DNA from: Phoronis australis | Taxonomy: Eukaryota; Animalia; Phoronida | Direction of reading: 5' to 3' | DNA: 64,000 bases | Assembly: GCA_002633005.1 (NCBI GenBank) | Contig: NMRA01000321.1 | Span: 368,724 to 432,723 of the forward strand | Part shown: one piece after another, positions 36,835 through 50,485 of the stretch | How positions within the stretch are numbered: the stretch's first letter is position 1 | How the letters are laid out: every line of letters starts with the position of its first letter | Notes under the pieces: model-generated | Told to the model about the DNA's origin: nothing | The model's database searches: none | What the model saw: the letters and a program-made list of their open reading frames with translations, nothing else | Made by a program: the position numbers and the translations under genes

Positions 36835-39800
36835 CTGTAACAGATGGAAACTACACTTTTACCTCTGGGGCACTCTGCTAGACCCTTGAGTCAGGTTAGT
36901 TTTAATTATTAAGTAGATAATTAATAAAACGTAAAAATAGTTAAAGGTTATCAGTGCAATGGACCTACCTGAATGACATGAGCACGTCTGATACGTGTAC
37001 CAAACTGCCTACAATTATATTTCATTTTTAGTGGCAAGAAAGCTCAAAATCATGTCTCGTCCAGCTATTCACTTTTGATCCAAATTCCAAACAATAAAGC
37101 TCTGTGCATTCTTCACAACCCTTGGTCTTCTGCAAAATTGACTAAGACTATCTAAGAATATGCCAAGTATGCATTGAGGGTGTCTGAACCCTTAATGACA
37201 ACATCAGAAAAACAATAAAGCAAAGCAGACTACTGAAAAGCATCCTCCGTGCACATCGAAAATTGTCTGAAATAAGAACTGCTTATTAGGTAATAATTTT
37301 TATATGTTTTCACTGTAATTTCTTCCATTCAAAAATTAATATCAGTTGTGCAGGCTCTCCTTATAAGGAACTCATATTGACAAAATTCATCCAAAAATGT
37401 GGTAGCTAAAATCATGACAATTAGCCAGTAGGGTACACCACATTCATCTGATCTGCTCAAAACTTGACACCAGGAAATCTTTTCTCAATAAAAACGCATG
37501 CACCAAATTTTATGAGTATCCATCAAAGAACTTGGTAGTCATAGATATGAGGCAGATGAAAAAACAAAAATCACTAGTGGGCACACCTGTAATACAACTC
37601 CAACAATTATTATTGGCTAAGCTCTCCTCAACAGGAACACATCAACTAACTCTCATGACAATTCTTCAAATGATTTATGAATTAAAAGGCAATGCTATTA
37701 GGTGGCACAACATTAGTCGTGCCCACCAAAAAAACACCGTTATCAACATGTATACTCTTCTCAAAAGGAACACTTTTGTCACGGCTGAGTGAAGCGGCAG
37801 ATAACAAATCAGAGATTACAAAACAAAAAAATGGTCACTGAGCAATGCAGAATACGTTAAGTTTGCCCGAAAAAAGGGAAGGCTTTGCCACCTTCATAAA
37901 CGAATTAAACTTGTTTGCCAAATTTCAAGTAAATCTGTCAAAGGAGCTCCAAAGATATAGAGGCAAATGCAAAAAAGTTAATTTGCCAATAGTGGGCAGA
38001 GCAGTGCAGTCATTTCTCTAGCTGTTCGCACATTAATGTATGGACTCTTTTCTCCTAATCCAATCCATCTCAGTAACACATCTCCAAACAATCATGAAGC
38101 TCTTCCAAAGGGTTAATGAATATACACGTGCAGCAGTAGACCCCAGGCACACAGACAGAGAAAACAGCAATGTGGTCACATAAAAAAACACTACTGGCAT
38201 GCCGTTTTTAGGGTTTATGCGAACATTTTTATTTCAAAAATCTTGTGGCTCCCTTGTGACTAATTGGATATGGAAGTGTATACAAGTCATTTTTGCTAAA
38301 GTAGAGGGAGTGCATAGCAACACAGGAGAGACGAAAGGTAAAGATAGGATCATGCTCAATGTTTATTTGATAAACCACTACAAATGGTCAAACATTAGAT
38401 ATGATACTTTCAAGTAGCATCCAAACAGCCAAGCAAACAATCTTAAAAACTACTCAAACAGTAAGTGTTTTAGCCTCCAGTTTCCAAGAAACTAAAGACA
38501 TCAACATAATGTACGCAGGAATGTGAGTGTTTGATGGGAAACCCAAAAATTTAGATGTCTATCATATGAGCATATATTCTTCAATGAAAAGTATATGTAA
38601 ATTGGACGAACTTTTTTAAACTTGATTCACTGATCTGTCGCTTCTGGGTTTTTTTAATTTCTGAAGAACCCAGTTTAAAAAAATTACTGCAGTAATAAAA
38701 AAGAACAGCAAAGGTTTTATACAAACTCTAGGAATGTGACTTGGAATTCCATCGCCTTAGACTGCATGTATTCTCACTGTTTTTTACTAATCTTGGGTAG
38801 TTTTATTTTTACTTTCCCCTGCCCTCATAACGAAGTAAAAAAGTTCTGGCCTAGTTTAAATAAGTCAAACACAAATGCTGTGCAAACAGACAGTGTCAGA
38901 CACTACAGTACCTATAAGTAGATAACAGTTGTGAGGTTACTTAAAGTGAGAGGCCATGTTTCAAATCTTTCCACACTATTGTCAAAATTAAAATCCATTA
39001 TCAAATATATCATTCAGGTTGCAAGCACACACGAAGTGTGTCAAACAGATTATCAATTTTCACGGGATTGCCCAATCGATCCAAAATTGGGTTGCTCGAA
39101 GTAAGTACCAGATGAACCCTCAATTCCTTTCGACATTAACTTAGAGGCTTTGTGCTATCACCACAGTGAGAAGTTTAACACAAAAAAGTGAAATCTAATT
39201 TTCATGATTTCTGATCAATACTTAATACGTTGTTAAAGAGAATGCAACATAAACATTGCAAACTAAATTCACTTATTTAAAAAATTGACCTGCTGTGAAC
39301 CAGTCATTCTATGTTCTTCTTTTCATTTTTACACAGACATCTTAAAATCATTTTCTTTCACTGGAGAATAAACATTCAGGTCAAATCTTTATGTTGTTAT
39401 TCAACACATGAAAAATCAGTTGCAACATACAGAAGATGCACTAATTTGTTGAGTAATGAATGGAAATTAAAGCAGTTCCAATGAGTACTACCATTGTCCA
39501 ATTCTGATAATGATTTGTGTAATGGATGTAAAAAATGCAGATTGATGTGTGTAGTTTCATTGGACATGAATCCAGCATGCTTTAACTAGTCACTCCCTCT
39601 ATTGTCCAGGCACAGAACCAGACTAGTATACCAGATCTGAGAGCTGCAATGCTTAAAGCACTTATAATAAATTATTCCTATAAATTATTAATTCTCAGTG
39701 GAGAGCAGTTTTTTTTTCAAATTTCCCAAAGTTAAAGTTACCATGTATCTGTCAATGAGCACATCGAGACGGCAATTCGAATGGCCAAAAAACATTGAGT

Positions 39801-39869
39801 TGCTGGTTAACTAAATGCTGGTATGAACACAAGAAACCAAAAAAAAAAACCCAGCTCATCATAACATAC

Positions 39870-40029
39870 CCAGTTTGCTTGAGGCACAAAAACGGGGTTC
39901 TGATTCACTTGCTGTCGGAAAGACACAACAAATCTCTCACTGATTGACTGATGTATGACTATGTTACGTGCATTCCTCACAGGGGCTTGTAACTTGTCCT
40001 TAAGATCACTGTACTCTGTTGCATTCAAC
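39870..40029 (-). CDS. TMEM129: TMEM129 exon 3
   Basis: Encodes RLNATEYSDLKDKLQAPVRNARNIVIHQSISERF. GT-AG boundaries, phase 2/0. Confidence 0.93.
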
Positions 40030-41004
40030 CTGGTCAAGATACAAACAAAATCAGATATTATTTACAGTTATTATTATTAAACAGCAGTTTCCCAAAACAA
40101 ACTCAACAGAACTTACAAGAACTCGTTAGCCTGAGATTAAGCTATGGCTGACTTTACGCCGTGATTATGTTAAGTGATGCGGATGGAATTGTTTTCAAGA
40201 TAAAATAGTAGACTACTATAAAATTATTGACTTTACATATCAAATTGTTAAATCTTGTCTAAACAAGGGTGACCACAACATGTTTTAACATTATATATTT
40301 TATTCAGTTTTGCAATATTCCCATTGTAGCATGAAAACTAGTATACTATATAAACACCACCTAAAACACTACAGAACTGCACCGACGGGTTTCACTTGCT
40401 GACTATATGGATGCACAGAAACTTTCAATATAAAAGGCACACACGGATTTAACTTGTCCCCACTTTACACAACATCTCTCCATACAATATGGATGATTTT
40501 TTTGTAGTTTCAAATGATTTCCATGTTCACATTCAGGCTTTGAACCATAAGTTCCAGATTTTTTTAAATAGGGCATTCACAGACAATGAAAATTGAAAAT
40601 AGGACATTTTAGGCAATAAGTTAAATTAGTTGTGTTCAAAGGTGAAATTTTGCCTTGTCCTATGTTGGCCTTCTTATTTGCATCAAGCGCATAAGAAGTA
40701 GTTATCTTGACTTGTCAGCTGTCCACAAACTAAGTCTCCTTTAAAAGTCAAATCAAGGTTTCTTGGGACACCGTCAACAAAAAAACAACTTCGGGGTCCC
40801 TGACAAGTTGTCTTAACTTTACTTTGAATCGAATGACTTTTCTAAGTATCGGAACAACATTATGGCACATTTGAACATCTCATTACAACCCATTTCAGGA
40901 TATGGTACACGTCAGTGGGTTGAAGGGTGGGGAATGGGAAATAATTAATAGCAAGAACACCCAGTAAGTAATGCAGTACAGCTGCATATCTTTTGAATCC
41001 CTAC

Positions 41005-41470
41005 CTGATTGTAAAGGATGGCACATTGGGGTTAACGCTAGACACCATGATATTCAGATATTGGACCCCTTGTAAACTCTCATACGACAATTCATGTTCT
41101 TGGGCTTCAGTCAAGGTCAAGTGAATATCGCTTTGATGAGCGACATCCAGATGATACGTCGAAGTCTTTATGACCCAACTGTCTGTCACGTAAATCCTCC
41201 TGCCAGGCAACCCGGTTACAAACTTGTTGAAACGACGGAATTCAATGTTTATGGAGGAGGCCACTGATCGCCATGAGCCTGTCTCGCTCAGGTAGGCAAG
41301 CTGTCTGCACATTGGATGGTTCTGCCAATGGTTTCGAGTCCAGTAGAATGCCAGAAGTGAACAGAATATTGGGAGTGTAATAGAGACTAAGAATCCTGCT
41401 TGCCACAGCTGACTAACTTTCCACGGTGTTACTAGATGGTGATTGAAGAAAGACATGCCGATATAGTACC
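41005..41470 (-). CDS. TMEM129: TMEM129 exon 2
   Basis: Encodes GYYIGM...WQNHP...WRSVASSINIEFRRFNKF...VTDSWVIKTSTY. Phase 1/2. Confidence 0.95.
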
Positions 41471-41882
41471 CTAGAAATAAATGCTACAAATTAACAAGAA
41501 GCATGGTGCTGTTATGGTGTATAGACTGTCAGCTTATAAAAACTGGCATTTTGGTCTCATTTACATCCAATACTATGCAAATCATTTAACACACGAGCAA
41601 ACAATTAGTGTAAAAAAGCCTTTGTGTGATAGAGACTGGTCCCATTCACTAAAAGGAATTGAAAGACCATGGACGCTTGATATAAAATGTGAAATTTTGT
41701 AGGAGTTGGCTAACACAATCAAGATTGTTGACTTTACCCACTGTTGGCTGAGTGGACCTGTTTATTAGCTGCATTTAGTGACAGTAAGTGGGTAACGGGG
41801 AAGTTGCTTTGCATTGCTGTCGATACTTTGCCACAGTATTGTCGTTGTTGGCAAATTTCAATCTGGATGAGTAGCATACACG

Positions 41883-42020
41883 CCATTATGGTCTCATATG
41901 ACAGTAATATGGAGGAGGAGCAGACATACCATTATGGTCTCATATGACAGTAATATGGAGGAGGAGCAGACCTACCATTATGGTCTCATATGACAGTAAT
42001 ATGGAGGAGCAGACCTACCA
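41883..42020. repeat. 46-bp minisatellite x3 in TMEM129 intron
   Basis: Unit CCATTATGGTCTCATATGACAGTAATATGGAGGAGGAGCAGAC(A/C)TA. Confidence 0.9.
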
Positions 42021-42687
42021 ATATAATCTCAACCGAATGTAACACCACAAAAATCACACTACTGTAAAACTTTGCTAGTTTTTGCAAGTCTTTAAAATCA
42101 GGACATAGCTGAAACTAAATCTTCTTGACTTTGATGATTGGAAGACGTGCCCCATCAGATCTACCTTATTCTGATTTTGACAATATTCAAAATATTTTAA
42201 TTTCAAACACATGCCTACCTAGTAGTCACTATGTTTGGGAGTGTTAATCACACAATTAGCCAGAAATCTAGGAGTTTGCTCATGACTGTTATACAGCATA
42301 TTGTTTGTCCGAAATCTACTAGCATGCACACGCCTGTTAAACAAATTCTTACAGTAAACAGTATAAATTAATATCATTCTTCAGGAGACAGATTTTCCAA
42401 TACTTACAATTAATAGTTAATGAAAAATCAAAGTTGCACTTGACTCCCTTTAGCTAAAAATGAAAATCTAATTCAGCATTTTCCTCTCTCTACTCTCATA
42501 AAATCGGTCCCAAAAATTTTTCTTTAGCATACCACAATTCCACTCCCATTACCAATGAATCACCCCCACAGAATTTTACCAATTTTAAGTGTATAAACGG
42601 ATCAATTCAATTTCCATTTGATAGCCAGCGCAACAGTGTAAAACACAGCTTTCAGTTAAATTGAAAACAAAAACTTTAAAAACTCAC

Positions 42688-42889
42688 CCAATGGCAACAA
42701 AGAATGGAAGACCATGGTTATTGTTACTCTTTTGACATGGTAATACACGAAGTTCAGCTCTTGGCTACCCAGAAATCCAGACAGTAGGTTCTGCACAGTC
42801 AGGCCAGCTGAATTAAACTCAGTAGGTGGCACCACCAGACAGAAGGATAACAAGAAGTACCCAATAGTGAAGACTACACTATCTTCCAT
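42688..42889 (-). CDS. TMEM129: TMEM129 exon 1 (E3 ubiquitin ligase TM129)
   Basis: Encodes MEDSVVFT...PPTEFNSAGLTVQNLLSGFLGSQELNFVYYHVKR...HSLLPLG, with a G|GTGAGT donor. The four exons sum to 1089 nt (362 aa plus stop). Confidence 0.95.
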
Positions 42890-42915
42890 AATGTCGCACG
42901 ACCTGAGAGCGAACN

Positions 42916-43098
42916 AGTTTGTAGCACAAATATACGGGTCTTCAAGGGCAAACTTGAACTAGAAACTCCTATGCATAAACTATAATGTATTCGAGCACAG
43001 TCTGATAACCAATTATCTTAAGTTCGCACAAAAGGAGCAGAGAAATTGCCAAAAATAGTTTCGAGTTCGTTTCGAGTACAAAGATTAGAGACCGGGCC
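42916..43098. mobile_element. Right half of the Harbinger-type MITE, truncated by gap N at 42915
   Basis: Near-identical to 2880-3062 and followed by CTG. Confidence 0.8.
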
Positions 43099-44575
43099 CT
43101 GATTCAAATAAAGTGTCAAACACACTGATTATTATTACTTTGTATACTGTATACAATCACTATTCATTCACTTGGTCTTCATCTTGTCTGCACAAAGGGA
43201 GTCATTTTTTACAAGCATGACCTCTTTTGGTGATAACAGGTCTGAGACAATATTTGCTCCCTCTGATGCATAAATTCAGTTCAGAATCTTTTTCTAAGGC
43301 ATTTATTCGTAATTCAGATTAAGGGTGGCAGCCTCTCTCAGCAGGAATACATGTAACTTCTACCTGGATGCACAATGTGTTTCTATGATTGTGTATTTTA
43401 GACTACAAGTGATATTTGTCACCTTATTAATACTTAAATTTCCTTATTGTTAAGCACTTTTTGTGTCGGGGACAGCATATGTCCGCCTAGCCTTGGTGCA
43501 AAGCAGTATACAGTCGATGTGGGTAAAAATAACCAAGTAAAATCTGACATAAAATTAGTGCAATTTAAATTACTTTTACTTGATCAAACTAATTTATTAA
43601 TAACGTCACAGTTAAGTTTTGGGGCAATCCTATGCGTTGGCTTTTTACTCTACTGTATTTCAATACAGCGTCACCTATTGGCCAGTTTCTCTTTTCATTG
43701 ATTCAATCTTCAATCAACTGTTCTTCCACCGAGATTGCCTACATGTCACAACAATTAGTTTCACTTCGTTAAAAGTTTTTAGCACTTTAATACCAGCATA
43801 CCAAATTTCAGAACAAATTTTGCTGCAGTGAAGCTGTCTGGTGTCCTGAGAGATGTTGCAAAAAATTAGGAATAACCACATGTCAAGAGCGTATTGTTTT
43901 CAAAACGATCATAGACTTTTGTTTGTTGTAAAAGATGGTGAATTATGCAAGAAAATGAAGTTTATTAGACTGTACTTCACTTAAACGGCTGCTACAAGCA
44001 AGGTGAATGTCGATTGTCTCCCACATTTTGCAAGTGCATCCACCAGTCATTAGAACTACATGTTGATAATATAGGTTTCATGACCAGGTGATGAGAACAA
44101 CCTGGGGGCATGAAATTTTGAGGTCTATTGGCGCTTAAAAGTCTTCCCAGCTCTATTTTGACGACAGTCTTCATACAGCTAGCTGGATGGCAAAAGTCTA
44201 CCATCACATGAGCAGAAACACGTTCTCGAGGACTCAAGGTTTTTCAAAGATGACATTTGTCTGCGAGAGCACGTATTTTCTCTTTCTTGTAAAGGAGAAG
44301 TTTTGTAGAGGCACCCACTATAGTACCATTTTCTACTCAAAGTTTTAATCAATTCCCCCCACAAAATACAAACGTGCTAATAAAGATTTGAAATCTCTGG
44401 ACAAATTCGGTTGCACTTACTATATAACTATCCTAGCTCTTGTCATAAAAAAAACAAAGAGAGGGCACAAATTAAAAACAACTGTTTCCTAGTCAAAAAA
44501 CTGGTTACAAAAGAATCTGTGTGATATTGTTAACTCTGATCAGCATCAAAACATGGCCGGTTATCTTTAATCGTA

Positions 44576-46560
44576 CTCAATACTTGTAGTTTTTATCTTA
44601 TTAGTTCATCGATTTTTAAAAATCAAAAACTTTACTTGGTTGTTTTTTCCAGCTGAGTTCCATTGTGGTGTTCATTTTCAATGAGAATTATTAGTTAATG
44701 CATTATGAAAATTAGCTATTATGTACCAGGTAAAAAAGTTTATAACAGTTTATGTTTGAGTAATTACACTAATTATGTCATGCCCGTACTGGACAATTCG
44801 GTGATCACAACCGTATCTGATTCCGGCTCCACGCTCTCTTTGATCCTCGAAAAAAGCTGCTCAGAAGGATGAAAATTCCGACCTATCTTTAGAAATGCGT
44901 GACTTCCTTGTAAGCGTATTATTCACTGTATATAACAAATGAAGACCTCTGAAAACACTGAACTTTGAACTTGAAGGCAAGTGAAGCATGAATAAGAAGA
45001 GACCAATTGGTACGCGTAATACATTTGTGGAATCGCCATGACAACAAGATTCAAGAAAATATAAATATCAATTACCGGTATGTACATTTGTAGTGTCCAA
45101 TTTTAAGCAATGAGTACATTTTGGGGGGTACAGTGTATGTCTAGTATGTGGCTAGGCAATTACATCACCCTGGATGCTGCAGGCATACAGGGGCGAACGC
45201 ATATCCCCACAAAAAGTTATGAATTTCAAAATACAGGAAATAAAATCAAATGAAACATGCATATATGCACATGGAGTTATAATTAACACATACCATAAGT
45301 AGCGGTTTGCTTGAGTTTCTCTTACCGGGTGCCATTTTGAGGAAGTTACGTGAAATCATGCAAGTTGACATATAAATAGTCCAAGCGACACAAATCTTAC
45401 AATTTTCACCCGATACCTTCCCATGCTATTTTACAAGTGTCATGCGCCAGCGTCACGCGCTTCACTCAGTCTCGCGCTAGCCTTTGCCTTACTCATGGGG
45501 CTCCGTTGAAATACTTTGTGGTTATCAGTGAAAAAATTCACGGTGACCAAAAACGTGGAGCTGGAATNCTCAATACTTGTAGTTTTTATCTTATTAGTTC
45601 ATCGATTTTTAAAAATCAAAAACTTTACTTGGTTGTTTTTTCCAGCTGAGTTCCATTGTGGTGTTCATTTTCAATGAGAATTATTAGTTAATGCATTATG
45701 AAAATTAGCTATTATGTACCAGGTAAAAAAGTTTATAACAGTTTATGTTTGAGTAATTACACTAATTATGTCATGCCCGTACTGGACAATTCGGTGATCA
45801 CAACCGTATCTGATTCCGGCTCCACGCTCTCTTTGATCCTCGAAAAAAGCTGCTCAGAAGGATGAAAATTCCGACCTATCTTTAGAAATGCGTGACTTCC
45901 TTGTAAGCGTATTATTCACTGTATATAACAAATGAAGACCTCTGAAAACACTGAACTTTGAACTTGAAGGCAAGTGAAGCATGAATAAGAAGAGACCAAT
46001 TGGTACGCGTAATACATTTTTGGAATCGCCATGACAACAAGATTCAAGAAAATATAAATATCAATTACCGGTATGTACATTTGTAGTGTCCAATTGTAAG
46101 CAATGAGTACATTTTGGGGGGTACAGTGTATGTCTAGTATGTGGCTAGGCAATTACATCACCCTGGATGCTGCAGGCATACAGGGGCGATAGCATATCCC
46201 CACAAAAAGTTATGAATTTCAAAATACAGGAAATAAAATCAAATGAAACATGCATATATGCACATGGAGTTATAATTAACACATACCATAAGTAGCGGTT
46301 TGCTTGAATTTCTCTTACCGGGTGCCATTTTGAGGAAGTTACGTGAAATCATGCAAGTTGACGTATAAATAGTCCAAGCAACACAAATCTTACAATTTTC
46401 ACCCGATACCTTCCCATGCTACTTTACAAGTGTCATGTGCCAGCGTCACGCGCTTCACTCAGTCTCGCGCTAGCCTTTGCCTTACTCATGGGGCTCCGTT
46501 GAAATACTTTGTGGTTATCAGTGAAAAAATTCACGGTGACCAAAAAAGTGGAGCTGGAAT
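44576..46560. repeat. About 990-bp near-identical tandem duplication around N at 45568 (probable assembly artefact)
   Basis: 44576-45567 matches 45569-46560 with few SNPs, and the junction is the single N. Confidence 0.9.
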
Positions 46561-46607
46561 TCTTCGCCAAAGGCAAAGTAACCTTAAAAGCTTCATATGT
46601 GTAGAAG

Positions 46608-47308
46608 CACAGCCGTCCTCAGCTTCTGATCGCCCCCAATACACTACATATAAAAGTACAAGGTATGACACTCCTGACTAGAAATTCCACGGGTGCTTCA
46701 CTTCAGCCTTCCATAGCTAACATAAAACTCAATAAATTTACACAAAACAAGGTTTCAACAAACCATTAGCAATTGTTCTTTCTTCCAATACCATTCACGG
46801 TGTCCTGTTCCGGCGACTTCGTAAGAAATTCGCAGTCAAAGAACAAAAATGTTCACAAAAAGTCCAAACACACTTCCATCTTGGACGGCTTGAGGTCAAG
46901 GACAGTACGGAAATTGCCAATTTGTCACGTAAAGTCAAGATGTCCATCCGTAATTCATTGGTATAATTTCCGTACAGTCCTTGACCTCGAGCCGTCCAAG
47001 ATGGAAGTGTGTTTGGGCTTTTTATGAACATTTTTGTTCTTTGACTGCAAATTTCTTACGAAGTCGCCGGAACAGGTGGGAATGGTATTGGAAGAAAGAA
47101 CAATTGCCAATGGTTTGTTGAATGCTTGTTTTGTGTAAATTTATTGAGTTTCATGTTAGCTATGGAGGGCTGAAGTGAAGCACCCGGGGAATTTCTAGTC
47201 GGAAGTGTCATACCTTGTAGTACACTTATTATATGTAGACTACATGATCGTCCCCAATGCACTACATTGTAGTGCATTGGGGGCGATCAGAAGCTGAGGA
47301 CGCTTGTG
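46608..47308. mobile_element. About 700-bp foldback element (arms about 310-350 bp, short spacer)
   Basis: The left arm (CACAGCCGTCCTCAGCTTCTGATCGCCCCCAAT...GTACGGAAATT) is the reverse complement of the right arm. Flanked by direct repeat TAGAAG. Confidence 0.85.
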
Positions 47309-47399
47309 TAGAAGTAGAACACTGAAGAAAGTAAGCGCTTTTTTAAGTGATAGTTTTAATTCTGGAACGTATTTTTGAAGAGCTGAAAACTCTTAATCG

Positions 47400-47830
47400 G
47401 TGGGACGAAATTCGTTCAGAAAGCGATGGTAAGTATGGTAGCCCCTAACCGGTCAACCGAGGGGCTATGTTGCGTACGTGTTGCCTAATAATAATTATGT
47501 GGCCCGCCTGCGGCATGTCCACGGCACAGGCGAACTGTAAGCCTAACACACTCGTGACTTGGAACAGCATGAAGTGATTTTCCACAATAATATGCGCTAA
47601 TATTCACACGTGGCGTCATCGAACGAAGTTCAAAGACAAACTTAAATTATTAAACTGAGAAGAAAATACTTGCCACGGGAAATTCTGTTTACGGAAGTAA
47701 ACCGTGATTTCCTGGTTTCCAATACGCAAGAGTGCGATTCCTAAGTAAAATCACCAGATGGCGCAAGATACCACCGCACGGTCACCCTGCGGCCGCCTGC
47801 CGCGTTGGCGCATTCGGCGGGTGCGGGGCG
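47400..47830. promoter_or_regulatory. CpG-rich candidate TMEM129 promoter
   Basis: Locally CpG-dense, with ETS-like CGGAAGT at 47692 and CTCF-like CACCAGATGGCGC at 47752. It lies upstream of the TMEM129 5'UTR acceptor at 42903. Inference only. Confidence 0.35.
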
Positions 47831-47932
47831 GTTCAACCAAAATACAGGGCTCACAATACTAGGGATTTTCAAAGCGAAAACAATTGAAGCTAAGTATTTT
47901 TTGAAGAAATTAAATTTTGATTTATATCACTG

Positions 47933-48269
47933 CAGTGGCGGATTTAGGGGGGCAAAGGGGGCCACTTGCATGCTCCCCTAAAATTCTAGCTCCCAGATAC
48001 CATTTGGGAGTTCGGTTCGAATTGCGGAGTAGCATATGCGCGCACCCAGGGGGTTCAGGGAGCGAATGCATAGGCTTGCGCAGGCCTTGCACAAACCCCG
48101 GCGTTTATTAATTTTTTTCATAGTAATAAAAAACTGAGGTCACAAACCACCGTGACAAAAATTCGAGACCCCTGCATCCCTACATTTGAGGCTCGACACG
48201 CGCATGTGGCGAAATGCTGGTTATTCCTGAGCCCTGCCGCCCCAACTCAAAATCTTGGATCCGCCTCCG
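47933..48269. mobile_element. CAGTGGCGGATTTA MITE
   Basis: Homologous along its length to 49207-49469. Confidence 0.65.
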
Positions 48270-48283
48270 ACTCACGCGGCGCC

Positions 48284-48435
48284 TAGTGCTAGTTGGTGAG
48301 TGGGCGGCGTACGTATAGGCGTGAAACCACCTTTTGGCATTTGAACGAGCGCCTACGCACCGTAAGTTACGTTCAGTGCTCAATGTAATACGGTGGGCTT
48401 TGGGCGCCTACTTACCTCTTACCACTACAGCACTG
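48284..48435. mobile_element. hAT-type MITE (third copy)
   Basis: Homologous to 8878-9049. Imperfect 8-bp TSD GCGGCGCC/GTGGCGCT. Confidence 0.75.
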
Positions 48436-49206
48436 GTGGCGCTATACGGCTCAGCCATAGGTCATTAATACCGCGTTTCCCGTTGCTCCCAACTTAATTG
48501 TTCGATTCTATAGCCCAACCACAAGTTGGGAAGCTTTACCTCTGTAACTAATATCTTACACGACTGATTAACTCCATTCTGGCATTTATGATTGGNCAAA
48601 CACGTTGTACGTTCAGAGCTATATGAATATTGCATTCGCCGAATTTCGGTAGCTCCTTCCTTTTTAGTGGACTTTTGTCTCGTTTTCTACTTTCTTGGAC
48701 TTTTTGTTCCTATGAGGCGTATGATTTTTGCCCACTTTGCCAAATGGGGGGGGGGGGGGACTCTTCCAAGCCTCCCGAGCCAAGCAAGAAAGTGTTGGCT
48801 GTGATTTGCATGGGAAGGAGTAAGCATCAAGGAAAAAAAAATCTCACCACTTTACACTTCTCGGGTGAATTTTGTTTTTTGAAAAAATGAACACGTAAAA
48901 CAAGCATTAAGTCGATAACCAGCTACATGTATGTCTTAAAGTTTGGCCTAAAATAGTAATACATGTATGTCAGAGACAAATAAAATGAATACACAGGGAA
49001 GCACCATAAACAGTGAGATACTACTCTTGGTCTCCCTGATAAATATGCAACACGTTAAAATTACTCCATAGACGGATAAAACATCCAAAGTCAGTACTGG
49101 CAATGATAGTGTAAACATGTACATATATGTGAACAAAAAACCGAAGTAACAGAAAAATAAACACATAACCTATGAATATTCAATAATCATAAACACATTA
49201 AGCAGT

Positions 49207-49469
49207 CAGTGGCGGATTTAAGGCGAGGTCAAGGGGGCCATGCCCCCCCTCTAAAATTCTCTCACATTTGGCAGTTCTTGGTGCGAATCGCTGATAAGCG
49301 TATGCGCGCACCCAGGGTGGCTCGGGGGTAAGAAGGTCCACGAACTGAACCCCGGCGAAACGTTGAGACTCCTCATCCCAACACGTTAGACTGGGCGTGC
49401 GCATGTGGCGAAATTCTAGGTAATCCTGTGCCCTGGCCCACCTAACTCAAAATCCTGGATCCGCCACTG
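49207..49469. mobile_element. 5-bp-TSD MITE
   Basis: CAGTGGCGGAT / ATCCGCCACTG perfect TIR with flanks GCAGT/GCAAT. Confidence 0.8.
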
Positions 49470-50485
49470 GCAATAGTCAATTTTTTTGGCAACATGGATG
49501 GACAGAGGGGCTCTCGGTTTGATCAAGAGCCGAAAAAAGTTTGCCGGGGGAATTGTTGCAAGTTTGATGAGATAGGCGTTTTAGCTTTGGCTAATAAACA
49601 ACATGATAAACACAGAAACACGTTACCCACATTAATTGAAATCGAGGCAGAAATTTAAAACAATGGGCTACTTGACGAATGGGTTTTCGCTCTGCTTGAA
49701 AAGTGCTGGGCCAATTAGAATCCGTTTTGGGACTGGTCTTAAATAAATTGAACATTTCCGTATCACTTTAAATGACGTAGGCAAAAGATTTCAAAGGAGC
49801 TACTATAAAACTGACTCAAGAGCCGATGTCAACAAGAGCAAAAAAGAATGTACCGGTGTCTATGCCGAGTGTCACGACTAGGCTTTGTCATGACTATGCA
49901 AGTGTGCGTTAAATGCTCCACACCCTCAATCATTTGGACAAGAGAGCCGACGCAACATGGCAGGGACGAAGCGAAGTTTTATTTTGAGTTTACATTCGCT
50001 TTGTGGACGCCACATTTGTACCAGAATACACGAAACTCAGCTGCTGAATAACCAATGACTCACGCAAATAAGACGTGTGATAGTTGGCAAGTAGCCTAGT
50101 TTGTTACTAGAGAAATTTGCTCGACATCTAAAAATTGAAACGACCGGACATAATGCTAACTGCGGTTTCTGGGCTGAATTTTATAGTTATATTTGTGTAT
50201 GTCTTAATACATTGGTAACAGTAATGCCACTAACTTCAGGACAGGCATTTTCGACAATGACGCTTCCAAAATAAACATGAAAGTATGTAAATACTGCTAA
50301 TCATTGACATCCGTTTTGCTCAGATGAAACCAAGTTTTTTATCCACACACAAAGTGGAAGTCTGGAACGACTCAATAAACTATTTGTCTTTCTACTACTC
50401 GTCCTTGACTGGTAGCCCACTCTTCAATGGTTTGTATATAACCATTTAAAAAAGACACAATCAGCGGCAGCAACCTCTGAAGTAT

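Noticed and set aside
43992-44364. Cys-containing minus-strand ORFs, vaguely PHD-like
   Set aside because: Cys/His spacing is incomplete, stops are frequent and there is no splice support.
46773-47031. Mirror ORFs on both strands
   Set aside because: A consequence of the foldback palindrome.
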